The notes beneath the pieces were generated by a model. That model made no database searches. It was given only the letters and a program-made list of their open reading frames with translations, and was not told the origin of the DNA. Both the position numbers and the translations under genes were made by a program. DNA of 53,763 nucleotides, counting the filler, from Sphacelaria rigidula (Eukaryota): assembly GCA_964200075.2 (NCBI GenBank). It is 5 parts of 5 records of this genome, joined end to end, with 100 filler letters (N's around TTAATTAATTAA, not from the genome) between each part and the next. Parts side by side here need not be neighbours in the genome. Positions count along the whole stretch, not along the records: positions 1 to 10,675 come from CAXNAA020006100.1; 4 more parts are not named here. The stretch is one strand, 5' to 3'. Positions 1 through 10,775 of this stretch are shown piece after piece (position 1 is the first letter of the stretch; every line of letters starts with the position of its first letter).

Positions 1-121
1 GGCCCAACTCGTCTGTGTCGATGAGATATTGCTTTTAGAGCTTAAATCCGTTTTTAGGCTGGCCCAGCTCGTACTCATACCTCTCCCTTCCCCCCCTTCG
101 CCCCTTTGCCCACGCCCGCAG

Positions 122-302
122 AATATGGTGAAGAACTTCTTGAGGATGGGCACGAGAGACCGCCTAAGGCTGGTGATATTCGTGTTGCTGTTCGTGGGGG
201 CGGTGCTGCTGTGGCCAATCCTGTTCTGCACAAAGGTGGACGGGGAGCTGTCGGCCTCTTGGGTGGCGCTGTGGACTCCTCTGTGGATCTACAACGCGCT
301 TG
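122..302 (+). CDS. Internal exon A1 of a TMEM185/Fragile-X-F-like multi-pass membrane protein (5' exons are outside the contig)
   Basis: Pyrimidine tract plus cgcag| at 121; reads NMVKNFLRMG...ILFCTKVDGELSASWVALWTPLWIYNAL; donor G|gtgagc at 303 (phase 1). The K-x-D-G...W-x-x-x-x-x-P-L-W repeat is typical of the TMEM185 family. Confidence 0.75.
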
Positions 303-939
303 GTGAGCCTTTTTTTTTCTCTCGGTTGTTTGCGTTCTTTGCCTTTCGGGGAGGGGAGGGCGTGGGTGGGGGGTAATCTTTTGATGGTGGATATTAATGT
401 CGTTGTAATGACCTTTCTACGCTATTATGGGAGAGAGTGATCGTCTCATAAGTCCGCAGCGCACGCACGAGCGGTCGGGTTTCTTTGGTGAGAGACTAGG
501 TTTCAGCTTCACTGTTCTGTGGGCTGGGCACCCCAACCCTAGCCCACAGGACATGCTGACTGTATGCGGGTCAGCTGCCCTCCAACCAGTCATGTTGGAC
601 GTCCCACGTGAGTATGACACATGTCATGCGGGGGCAAATAGGTGTTGTTGGGGAGGGTCACTATAGGACCCGGTAATCATGTTCTAAGCATCTTTGGTGG
701 ACTCCATAATTATTTTCCGCGTATCATACGTACAGGTGGTGCTGCCGGTCAAGAACCGCGTATTTGGACGAGGCTCGTGTCTGATTTCCTCCGTGGGGCC
801 AACGTTGACTGTGTAGGATACATTGTAGAGGTTCTCAGCGAGGTCATGATTTGTGCACCAGTTCTCATATATTTAAATATTCGGGGGAGTGGGGGGTAAA
901 GTTCTTGAGTGGTGTCGCCACCTGGAAGTAACAAACTTT

Positions 940-1107
940 CACACCGTCGACAAAACATATGGTCAATAGCTGCAGCAGACAAGAAATGTACTGCGTACTA
1001 TATAGGCCTATTGCAATTATTGCCAACAATGATCGCAATAGGCCTATACTTCACGCAGTACATTTCTTCCCGATTGCAAATATTAGCCATATGTTGCTCA
1101 AAGTGTG
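940..1107. mobile_element. Hairpin MITE, CACA...TGTG family (older copy)
   Basis: Long imperfect palindrome (gtactgcgta...acgcagtac; catatggtcaata/tattagccatatg); same family as 8345-8640 and 26966-27110. Confidence 0.6.
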
Positions 1108-2502
1108 CAAGCCTGGAGAGGGGCGGATGAATCATTGCTACCTCGAACAACCAAATCTACGACTATTAAGACCTAGATGCTTGAAAGAGAGAAGAAGAAA
1201 GTTGACCGCGATTCGAAACAAACTATCTCATTTTCTGTCGTTGAAAACACGAGGACGTACGTGACTGGCTAAAGTATTATATTTGTATGAGTGCTGATAG
1301 TCATCCCATCTATCCGGGAGACCAAAATGTAAGGAGGCATGTACCGCGGGAGAGAACGTTTGCGCTTACCTGTGCGGTGCAACGCTGAGAAAAAATAAAA
1401 TCCTGGAGGATTGATTCAAACGGCACGAATCAAATGAACAACCAAGAAGTAAGTTATTTCCAGACGAAACATTATTCGTCCGACCTGCGTGTGAAAGTTT
1501 GTATGCAAATAAAACGAGATGTGTGACGGACTGACTCTTCGAAAAATATTCCGGGAAATGTTTTCTTTTTCGAGCAAACCCTAACCCTCACCCCAACCCG
1601 AGGCATATCGAGAACCCTCGGGCGAGGGGGGGAACAAAGTGTCCCCCCAGGCAAAGCGTGGCATTGGTAGATCTCAAGATCGTTTTGACGACGACGGGCT
1701 CTGCGCAGGCGAGGAGCACTTGGAGCTGTCAGCCCCACTAAAAATCCGAATATCTAGGTTTGGGGACTGGCGCTACGCGCCAGTACCTGGTAAACTGGCT
1801 GCGGAGAGCAGCCAGTTTACTGGGTCTCATCAGTACATTGGTGTCGCGGGGCAGCCGCGACCACCGCCCCCCCCCCCGGCTGGGGAGGGGACCCCGCCGG
1901 AGGAGCATTTCTACGCGATTTGGCTTCACTAAAATATATTTTTTGGGTGATTTTTGGCCACTTCGATAATGCCTGCCCGGGTGTGAAAACATTTCTTCTT
2001 CAAATAGTTGTTAGTATACCCAGAGGAAAACTTCAACAATCGTGATGCGCTGGAGGCCGCGGCGGGTTCAGGGATCTGAGGCCCCGGGCTCGGGTTTGAA
2101 GCGGGCGAGCTGTCTCTAGTGTGTGTGTGTGCGTGCCCTATTCTCAACCTCTCTCCTCTCCTGCCCCTCATGCGGCGCAGTTTCGGTGGATTTCCATGTG
2201 GTTTAGGAGGCATAATATAGGACGTACGTGATATGGGTATGTACTGGCTGTACTGGCAGCCTCTGACGCAGTACAGGAATATTGTCAGTAGATACTGGTC
2301 CAGTCCCCAACCCTACGAATATCTGTGTTTATATTCAAATCAAGCCTTGAAATTTCTGAAGAAGGTCTTGTCGACAAAGTGGTGAACACTACGTGGTAAA
2401 AGTTGTCGCTAACTTCCTGTAAACGTAACCGCTGCTGTTTCGTTCCGGTTCGTCTCGTCTCGTATCATCTCATCTTGTCTTGTCTTGCCTTTTTCACGTC
2501 AG

Positions 2503-2642
2503 GGCTCTACTACTACGTATACCTCGTGAGCTTAGGGGAGATCAAGGCGCCAGAAGGAATGGAGGAGCAATGGACAGACCCGTTTCCCTTCCCCCTGAGG
2601 GTGCTGGCGCTTGTCAAGTGGGTCCTTCTTGTGTTGTTCCAG
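2503..2642 (+). CDS. Exon A2 of the TMEM185-like gene
   Basis: ttttcacgtcag|GG completes the Gly codon from exon A1 (phase 1); reads LYYYVYLVSLGEIKAPEGMEEQWTDPFPFPLRVLALVKWVLLVLFQ; donor CAG|gttagt. Confidence 0.8.
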
Positions 2643-2701
2643 GTTAGTATTTCACTATTTTAAATGTCTTTTTCATTTTTGTACGATCATGATCTCTGTA
2701 T

Positions 2702-2990
2702 GACCCGACCCGCTCATGTATAACTTCGGGATAACCCCAGGACTGTCATCCTCCAATTTCCAGTCCGAGCTATGCTCATGCTCATCATTCAGGGCGGCCG
2801 TCCCGACCCGCTTACTATTATACCCGGGACTGTCGTCATCCAATCTCCAGTCCGGGCTATGGTCATGCTCCCCACCCAGCGCGTCCGTCCCGACCCGTTT
2901 GCTCTTAATGAGAACACGGGGACTGTCATCCTCCGATCTCCAGTCCAGGCTGTGGTCAAGCCCCTCACTCAGGGCGTCCGTCCCGACACC
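2702..2990. repeat. Tandem repeat, about 3 units of 87-93 bp
   Basis: ggactgtc(a/g)tc..c.atct/ttccagtcc...gtcccgacc recurs at about 2740, 2827 and 2920. Confidence 0.75.
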
Positions 2991-3814
2991 CTCATCATTC
3001 CAATCCTATTCTCGTCCCGAGCTCTGCCCTGCAAAGCCTTCACAGTCCGAATCCATGCCGTGTCCTTACACGCGCCGTATCCTTGAAGCGAATGAGAAGC
3101 TCTAGCCTACATAGCCACCGTCCAGTGTTCGATAAGCCACGCCCGCTGTCCGCAGGCATGGCTTATACTCATCCATTCCTTGTGTTTTTTTGTATTTCGC
3201 TGAAATTTTGGTCTCATTTTTTCACGAGTTCTTGCTCTTGTTCTCCTATTTCTGCAACGTGTTTCATCATGTGTATATTTACATCATATTTCGCTTGTAA
3301 GTACGCAGGAAACGCCAATGGTGGTTCGCGTGTTCTCGTCTGGTTTTTCGTATTGTCTGTTGTTGTTGCTGTTGGTGGTGTAGTGGTGGTTGTGGTAGTG
3401 TGGTTGCCTTCTTTATCGCATTCTGTAGCAGCAGAAATGAAATCACTGGTCCCATGATGGTTTGCGAGTATGGCGAGAAAATAGAATTTCGTGCAAGAAA
3501 TGGCCAAAACATCCCCCCCGATCCCACGCCCCCCCGCCACCCGCGCAGACCTGCCTCCCACAACACNNNNNNNNNNTGGTCCCATTGTGGTTTGTGAGTG
3601 AGGCGAGAAAAAAAAATTTTGTGCAAAAAAAGGCCAAAACCACCCCCCCCCCCCCCCCCCCCCCTCCTATGGTAGCTTGACTCCCATATAACGATCTAGA
3701 TCTATATTGATACGCCCGAGATGGTACAGAGGGCTTTCTCATCATATCACCGCACAGGGGATGGTCGTACTACGCAATGTTTATATAGTGAGGCAAGCAT
3801 GATGCAAGGGTGTA

Positions 3815-4110
3815 GCCCATGGCTGTCTCTAGAAGTGGCGATATCAGAAAATGAAGCAACTCATTCGCGGCTGTCATCCATGTGTGAGATATTCAGTCCA
3901 CTTCGGACGGAACAATCTTGGCAGGATGCAGCTCACCCCTCATGCGACTCGCCGAACACATCACGGCGCTTGGCGCTGGGTGATTGATTGCGAGCCTGGG
4001 ACGGCGAAAACCCGGCGTGCTCTGTCCCGGCTATGTAGGGATTCAAGGTCAATGGTCTTATGATAACGGCACGCAAGACCATGAGTATAGCCTCCCTCCT
4101 TCCCCCCTCC
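3815..4110 (+). repeat. Dispersed repeat, uninterrupted copy (second copy at ~6055-6281 plus 7220-7290)
   Basis: aagtggcgat..cagaaaatgaagcaactca...ggcgaaaacccggcgtgc...ggtcaatggtc aligns between the two loci. Confidence 0.75.
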
Positions 4111-4122
4111 GCCTCCCCACAG

Positions 4123-4230
4123 ATCTTCCTGACGATGCGGCTGGATGATGACATCGGGTGGACGTGGGCGGCGGTGGGATCCCCCCTGCTTACGTGGATG
4201 GGGCTACAATTCCTTGGACACTTCTACGAG
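4123..4230 (+). CDS. Exon A3 of the TMEM185-like gene
   Basis: ccccacag|; reads IFLTMRLDDDIGWTWAAVGSPLLTWMGLQFLGHFYE; donor |gtatgt; 108 nt, phase 0-0; second RLD...W-x-W...P repeat. Confidence 0.8.
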
Positions 4231-4829
4231 GTATGTGTTCACTCCTCCATGTATTGTGTACGAAGTAGTAGTGTGTATTGAAAAGGATATCGGATTAGGC
4301 TTGTGACGAGTGATTTGATGGTACAGTCATCAAACACCTCTCTTTAAAGGGCCGCACTGTAGGGGGATCCCGACTGCCATACCCGTGTATTACTTGATCA
4401 TCCAACCCCTTACCCGCGTAAAGTTGCTTTTCACACAATTTCAGCTGTGCGATCCGTTCACTGTAAGATTTACGTGAGGTGTGAAGCCCAAGGACATAAA
4501 CCTCGTAGTATGTATGCGCTGGTAGATGTATATACGAATTGATTCATTCAAAACTAATTGTGAGGAGGTGGTTGGTTCCTTGACAGACACTTGTGGGAAT
4601 TGCCTCTTCTATGTGGTGGTTGCCATATCACCCCCCCCCCCTTCATGAACCTCTTGGAGGTTTTGTAGCAGTAACCTTTTACGCCGGCTAGCGGTTGTAA
4701 TCTTGCTTTTTAATCCACACGTCTTTTAGGTGTGTTGGGTCATTAACAACCAACACTTGTCGCGGGAGATATGTTTTGAACTCTGCTTCAGAGGATATCC
4801 ACCATGTTTGTTGTTGGTGCCTAGCATTC

Positions 4830-4905
4830 GGGTGGGATCCGCGATTTGAACCCGGAACCTTCTGTTCGTGAAACGTACGACCTATCATGATGCCGCTAGT
4901 GTGCA
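4830..4905 (-). mobile_element. tRNA-derived SINE head
   Basis: Minus strand reads tagcggcatcatgatagg...aaggttccgggttcaaatcgcgg (A/B-box-like); no intact acceptor stem. Confidence 0.45.
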
Positions 4906-5184
4906 AAGACGATTCCTTGACAGACAATTGTCCAATTGTGGGAAATTGCTCCTTCTATGCGGTGGTTCCCACATAGCCACTTGTTAGCCTGTCGATTCTT
5001 TTTATCGCATTTAATTGTTTTTTTTTACTTGGTATAATTTGAATTTGGGGATAAATGTTTTCTTTCTCTTCTGTCCTCTTCCCATTAAACAAGATGGTGC
5101 GTTGAATGCGTCTCCACTTTTTTTTTTCCATCTCATCACGGCGTCCCTTCCATTTTTTTTATCTTGTTCCATCCCTTCTCGAAG

Positions 5185-5307
5185 GCGGTGCGGCCAATCC
5201 CTAAGGCAAGGACAGAGGAGTCCATACTGGAAGAGGAAGAAGCAGATATGGGACCTGATGCGGAAAAACGGGAGCAGGCTATCGTTAAGCGTGCGGAAGC
5301 TCAATCG
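5185..5307 (+). CDS. Exon A4 of the TMEM185-like gene (acidic loop; not in the ORF track)
   Basis: cccttctcgaag|; reads AVRPIPKARTEESILEEEEADMGPDAEKREQAIVKRAEAQS; donor |gtaagg; 123 nt, phase 0-0. Confidence 0.65.
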
Positions 5308-6281
5308 GTAAGGCATGAAGAAAAAATCGTACAGTAGTAGGAATGATAATTTATTCCCTTCTCTCCTGCGTTTTTTTTTTTTGCGATATCCAAAGAACAA
5401 CAGTAGTAAAAGCGATGATGAGAAAGAGTCGACGGGTTGCGCAATGAAACATGCAAGGCAGCGCCCCGGTGGCCTACTTGCCCTACTAGACAAGTGAAAC
5501 CAGCCAACCATTTTTGTCGCACGCGGCCTGCTGTGGGTCATGAAAACCCTGATCCCATGGAGGATGACGATCTTACAGAAGGAAAAAACCCTGGAAGGTC
5601 GCTCGGGCTCTGAAACGGCTTTTCTCTTCTTTTTTTTCACCAATAGTCATAGGAGCCAATGTCATTCTCCAAAAATCACAGGCGGAACTCAAAATCGTAG
5701 CAGGGCCGTGGGGTGCTGAAAGGGTGGAGACGGAAAATTCTGCGGTTACGAGTGCCCACAGATTTTGCGACTTGTTTGTTTTCAACAAAGGGGATGAGAG
5801 GCAGTGATTTGCCAAAAAAAATAATTTGACTCGACAGCCATGCTGCGATATGGGGGGAAGGGGGGGGGGGGGACCGGGTTGATACCACGAACAGGAAGGG
5901 CTCATAGGTGTTTCAGACGACTTCACCTGCGAGCGGTGCGGTTGTATTTGGGTAGACACGGTGTCAGGCAGTTTGGATGAGCGTTTTTTGGTGGTGACAA
6001 GCACGTTCGAACAACTGTTGCTGCTTCTAACGACGATTTGAAGTGGAATTGAAGCCATGGCTGCCTCCGAAAGTGGCGATGCCAGAAAATGAAGCAACTC
6101 ACAGGAGGCTCTAATCCATATGCAAGATATAATCAATACGCTTCGGGCCGAACAATCTCAGCAGGATACAGCTCACCCTTGATGCGACTCGCCTAACCCA
6201 TCACGGCGCTTCGTGCTTGGCGATCGATTGCGAGCCAGGTCCGGCGAAAACCCGGCGTGCTTCGTCCGGGCTTTGTAGGTA

Positions 6282-7219
6282 CAGGCTGGGCCGCCTAAGA
6301 AGCTCACTTTTCTTCAGCCCGTTCTAACTGACGATGTATCGCTAGTTGCGCCTACTATGACACACCGTGGTAATCGGCAAATCAGCGCGCGTCTTCAAAT
6401 CCATGTAGCACTGCGATTCGACAACGTCCCATCAAACGAAATACCAAACTGTAGTCAAGTGCGAAAGTGTAGAGAGTTGAGGGTACCATGTGCGGCGAAA
6501 TTAGCCGGAAGAAAACGGCTGAGATTAGATTTTCGGTTACAGTCGGTTGTGCCGCGTGGTGCCGCATAAGCTGTAGCACAAATCCCGAGCTCAATTCTTC
6601 GTTTTCGATGGTTTTTTACATGATGTACAGGACTTATGTGCAAACATCCCTTCGTTCCTCCCGTGTGTTTTTTTCTTCTCTTTTCCTCGTCAGTTATTGA
6701 CGACGGAAAATTTCAGAGCATTTTTTCCTGAACAAAATCACCAATAACTCACGAAGAAAGAAAAAACAAACAGGGGGGGTTGAGAGAGAGGGTAGTCGAA
6801 CAGCTTGAAACTGAACAGCATGAATGCGTTTGAAACATTCGTGACTGGTCCATCTCCATATACTATAGGAACCGGTTGTCGACGGAATGACGCGAGTCGT
6901 GCGCTCAATTTCGGATTGTTTTCAAAAAAATTTGGACACGATGTTTAGGGCGTATGTGGGAAGACCAAACCTTTCCCCCTATGTTTTTTTTTTATCTCCT
7001 ACGTGAGCTATTGGCGACGAAAGGTTTCAGAGCATTTTTTTTTCCCGGACAAAATTGCCGACAACTAACGAAGAAAAGGAAATAAAACATGGGGGGAAAG
7101 GTTCGGTATTTGTACATACATCCTGTACATCGTATCAAAATTTCGTCGAAAACGATCCAAACTCGAGCGCACGACTCGCGTTTCAACATTCCTGGTGGCA
7201 TATTGGGCGGCCCAGCTTG
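6282..7219. mobile_element. Non-autonomous Tc1/mariner-type DNA transposon nested in a dispersed repeat
   Basis: TIRs caggctgggccgcctaa / ttgggcggcccagcttg (2 mismatches); TA on both sides (6280-81, 7220-21); the paralogous empty site is visible at ~4035-4050. Confidence 0.85.
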
Positions 7220-7859
7220 TATGCGAGGTCAATGGTCTGTCTTGAGACTAAGGTATGCAAGATCATGAGGACACGCCCCCTCCTCCCACACATACGAGAC
7301 TTGTGGTGTTCATGTCTGTCCGGACGTGCGTTTGATTGATTGGTTGACTCGTTGTCGCACGTATTAAGTGATCCCCGAGGGCCCCAGCTGTCGTCATTAT
7401 CCTCAAGATGGACGTACGTTACCCAAGGTAGAAAAAGCCTGCAAGGCTTGCAAAAGACTAAAAAAATAAAATAAAAAAGTGGAAGAAGACGAAAAAATAG
7501 ATATAATAAACAAGAGGAGTAAACTGAGAGATGAACAACTGGAACAAAACAAAACATGACATCGCAGGGGAAAAAACGCAGGAAAAGGAGAAGAACGGAG
7601 GAGAGCTGGAAATGAAATGAAATGTGAGGGTTACATGAAGCTAGAAATGGTCGGCCCCTACGGCATTGCTCAAGGTGAACAAGCTCATGCGCACACAACA
7701 CACACAGGCGAGACACCCAGGCACAAAATAAAACATAACAGAACGGCTGTGGGAGCGGATCACGGCTCAGCTGGTGCGGCAACCCTAATTGCGTACGAGT
7801 GTTTTGAGGAGAGGAATTACTTATCCCCCAGCCCGCTTCCCGGTTTTGCATGCTGGCAG

Positions 7860-7925
7860 GCGGTGGTGAAGGACTGCGTGTGGATGCTCCAGCTTGTGTT
7901 CCTCATCCTGCAACTCGATGAGGAG
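7860..7925 (+). CDS. Exon A5 of the TMEM185-like gene
   Basis: ctggcag|; reads AVVKDCVWMLQLVFLILQLDEE; donor |gtatga; 66 nt, phase 0-0. Confidence 0.75.
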
Positions 7926-8344
7926 GTATGATACCGAAGAGGAAGATAAATTGTGGATGAGAAGATTAGTTGTGTTTCATTGTTGGAGAAGCAGAAAAGA
8001 GAGAGATGCTGCCATGCTGAAGATACAGGGGGAAAATAAAGGAAAAATCGAAAGCTTTGAGGGTGGGTTCACGGGACTTAAATCTGTCATACTCCAGCTT
8101 GTTTGTAACTGTGTAGGTCATGATCCGATGTGTCCCTCCTGGTCATGGTGACCTCGTGCGCTGCTTACTTCCTTCTGTGATCGTGTGCTGTTCAGCGGTC
8201 TGCGGTGTTTGTTGCCGAGAGAATGTTTGCATGCTGGTCCTTATCAACCGCGAGATTTTTTGTCCCCGCCACGTGAATATTCTACTACTTATACTTGATT
8301 GTTATACGTTTGTTTGGTGTTTGAAATCACGCTACGAAATATTG

Positions 8345-8640
8345 CACAACTTGGACAAAAGAATACACGGTCAAAAAATGTACTGCGTACAGTATGGGAT
8401 CTAATGTCTATTGCAATAGATAATAGATCCCATACTGTACGCAGTACATTATTTTGACCGTGCATTCTTTTATCCAGGGTATGCAATATATGGTCAATAG
8501 TTGCAATAGACAAGAAAAGTACTGCATAAAGAAACTATAGGCCTTTTGCGACTGTTGTCGGCCGGCAATAGTTGCAATAGACCTGTACTTTATGCACTCT
8601 CGCCTATTGCATCTATTGACCATATATTGTCAAAGTTGTG
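8345..8640. mobile_element. Hairpin MITE with 8-bp TSD (hAT- or P-like)
   Basis: TIR cacaacttggacaa / ttgtcaaagttgtg; flanks aaatattg / caatattg; two internal hairpins. Confidence 0.75.
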
Positions 8641-8720
8641 CAATATTGTGAACGTAATTTTTCTTCAGACATGGCGCTACACCGTATATATATATATATA
8701 TTTATATATATATGTATCAA

Positions 8721-8838
8721 CCCTTTGGGAACCCACTGACGATATTTGTTTTTGCGAGTCGGCATCATTTTGAATCGAAAATGACTGAAAATGATGCCGA
8801 TTCACATAAACGAGAATCGTCAATGGGTTCCAGAAGGG
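8721..8838. mobile_element. piggyBac-like MITE (118 bp)
   Basis: CCC...GGG termini; TIR ccctttgggaacccactgacgat / atcgtcaatgggttccagaaggg; flanks TCAA / TTAA. Confidence 0.75.
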
Positions 8839-9073
8839 TTAATGCCATTTAAATTATGAAGTTCGGCTTTTTTGTTCGCCTTTGTTTTATCTTGTTTTGT
8901 TTTACTGTCCACAAACTAAATCAGTGTGCTTTTACTTTATAACCCGGACTTGCGGCTACTTTCTTTATTCAGTTCGTGTCTTTTGATGTTGGTATGCGCA
9001 TACACGCATGCGTGTCGTACCTTTTTCCTGCCCTTTTCTTGTACTTTTCTGGCTCTTGTTTTGCGCTGTTTAG

Positions 9074-9214
9074 GTGGACTGGAACTGGTGGGTAGTATTC
9101 CTGCCCACTTGGGTAGTGCTGCTCGGACAGCTAGGGGGATACTGCCATGACATGGCCGTCGCCAAATCGCTGGCCGCGGGTATCGAAGGCAAGGAGGAGG
9201 AGGAGATGACACAG
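9074..9214 (+). CDS. Exon A6 of the TMEM185-like gene (gene continues beyond the contig)
   Basis: gtttag|; reads VDWNWWVVFLPTWVVLLGQLGGYCHDMAVAKSLAAGIEGKEEEEMTQ; donor |gtgcca; joins exon A5 to give the third QLDEEVDWNWWVVFLP repeat. Confidence 0.8.
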
Positions 9215-9423
9215 GTGCCATATTCATATCTATCGCAGCAGTTGTGGTATTATTATAGCAGCAGCTTTGCTGCTGAAGTGAGAGGAAGAACTATAAAGTT
9301 TCAAGAGCTGGAAACGCTGCCGAACAATCGCCTCAGCTGAACAGGAACTGCACCGCTTCAACTGACAGCCAGTTGTTACCTCTATGGATAAGTGAACTTG
9401 AGCTGGACCCTCCCCCCCCCCCC

Positions 9424-9470
<47 letters not shown>

Positions 9471-10675
9471 ACCACCCCCCCCGTCTCGTTCCTCTTCTGA
9501 ATGGGAATGATGGGTGCGCCTCTCCCCCCCCCCCCCCCCCCTCCCCGCGCGCGCCCCGCTTTCAGAATATATTAAATAGTTGCGGGTAAGGGTCCTATCA
9601 AGAGTCCAGCCTCCAATTTTCACTTGTACTGAAGTCTATCAGGCGCAGACTGCTGTGTGGAGTAACTTCGAAGCTCTGTGTAATTCACTGTGGGCAGTAC
9701 TAAAACACCACGTGCAGCGTTCCAAGGTTGTGTTCAAGAGGGTACGGGTATATGATCGGAAGGGTATGATTTTTTTTTCACAGAACTTACAAAACTGTCG
9801 AGTACAGAATAGACGTTAAACCCGCAGGCACAAACTCGGTATTTCTGGGAGGGTTTGTATCCGTACCCTGCAAGGTAAACATCCCATACAGATCCTGCAG
9901 AACTGTCGGGTACCGGTATGACAGGTCTACATAACTCACAGAAATTTCGGGCACGGGTAATTCCCGGGCAAGTACCTCGGGTGTACGAAAAATCGTACCC
10001 GACAGGACACAAACTTGCAACGTTCTCTCATGCACACTACCATGTAGATTCGGGGGGGGGGTCACGTTCATCACATCCGCTTTACGCCCGCATTACTATC
10101 TCATGCTCTATGTGTATGCTATCGATCAACGGAGAAATGAAATAGTTCCGGCGCCAACTTTTTTCACTGATTTGTCACTTTTATCAAATCTCACTCGTAG
10201 TCAGTCACGGCTACTACTGTAGTGTACGGGTAGAGTAGGGTAGTTTACAAAGTCGGGTATTTTGGCGTTTCCATACCGTGAGCACCCTTGAATAGTGCAT
10301 GTAATCACTCCGAGTGGACTGATCCTGCGATAAGCGGGAGCGTACTCAATTGTTGCTTTGCCTCAGTCGTTCGACCATTGACCGCGCGTCCCTTCCGAGA
10401 CGGAGCACCGTCACTACTCCTAACAGAGGCACCTCCAACATTCCGGCGCTCATTACGTTTCTTCCATACATTACACAGAAACCTTTCGCATTTCTTATCC
10501 CCGTCCTGGTTCGCCGTCTGTGGCCACCATATATTTCCTAGTATAGTAGTAGCCATCGTTTTCTCGCCACTGTCTAATGGGGGGGGGGGGGGGGGGGGTC
10601 CTTTTTTGTTTTGTTGCTGATTTGGGGGGAGGAGCCCCTCGCGCCTCTTTTGGGGGAGGGGGTGGTCTTGGTTGC

Positions 10676-10775
10676 NNNNNNNNNNNNNNNNNNNNNNNNN
10701 NNNNNNNNNNNNNNNNNNNTTAATTAATTAANNNNNNNNNNNNNNNNNNNNNNNNNNNNNNNNNNNNNNNNNNNN
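10676..10775. other. Artificial contig linker N44-TTAATTAATTAA-N44
   Basis: Identical 100-bp construct occurs four times; stop codons in all six frames. Confidence 0.97.

Noticed and set aside
3443-3670. Local tandem duplication around the 10-N gap (similar case at 27205-27470)
   Set aside because: One copy is a homopolymer-smeared version of the other next to a gap and a poly-C/poly-A tract, typical of low-quality read tails
9392-9589. Polyproline/polyglycine ORFs
   Set aside because: Produced by a long intronic poly-C tract; no splice or compositional support
10720-10731. TTAATTAATTAA as a biological motif or piggyBac site
   Set aside because: Always centred in 44+44 Ns; an assembly spacer
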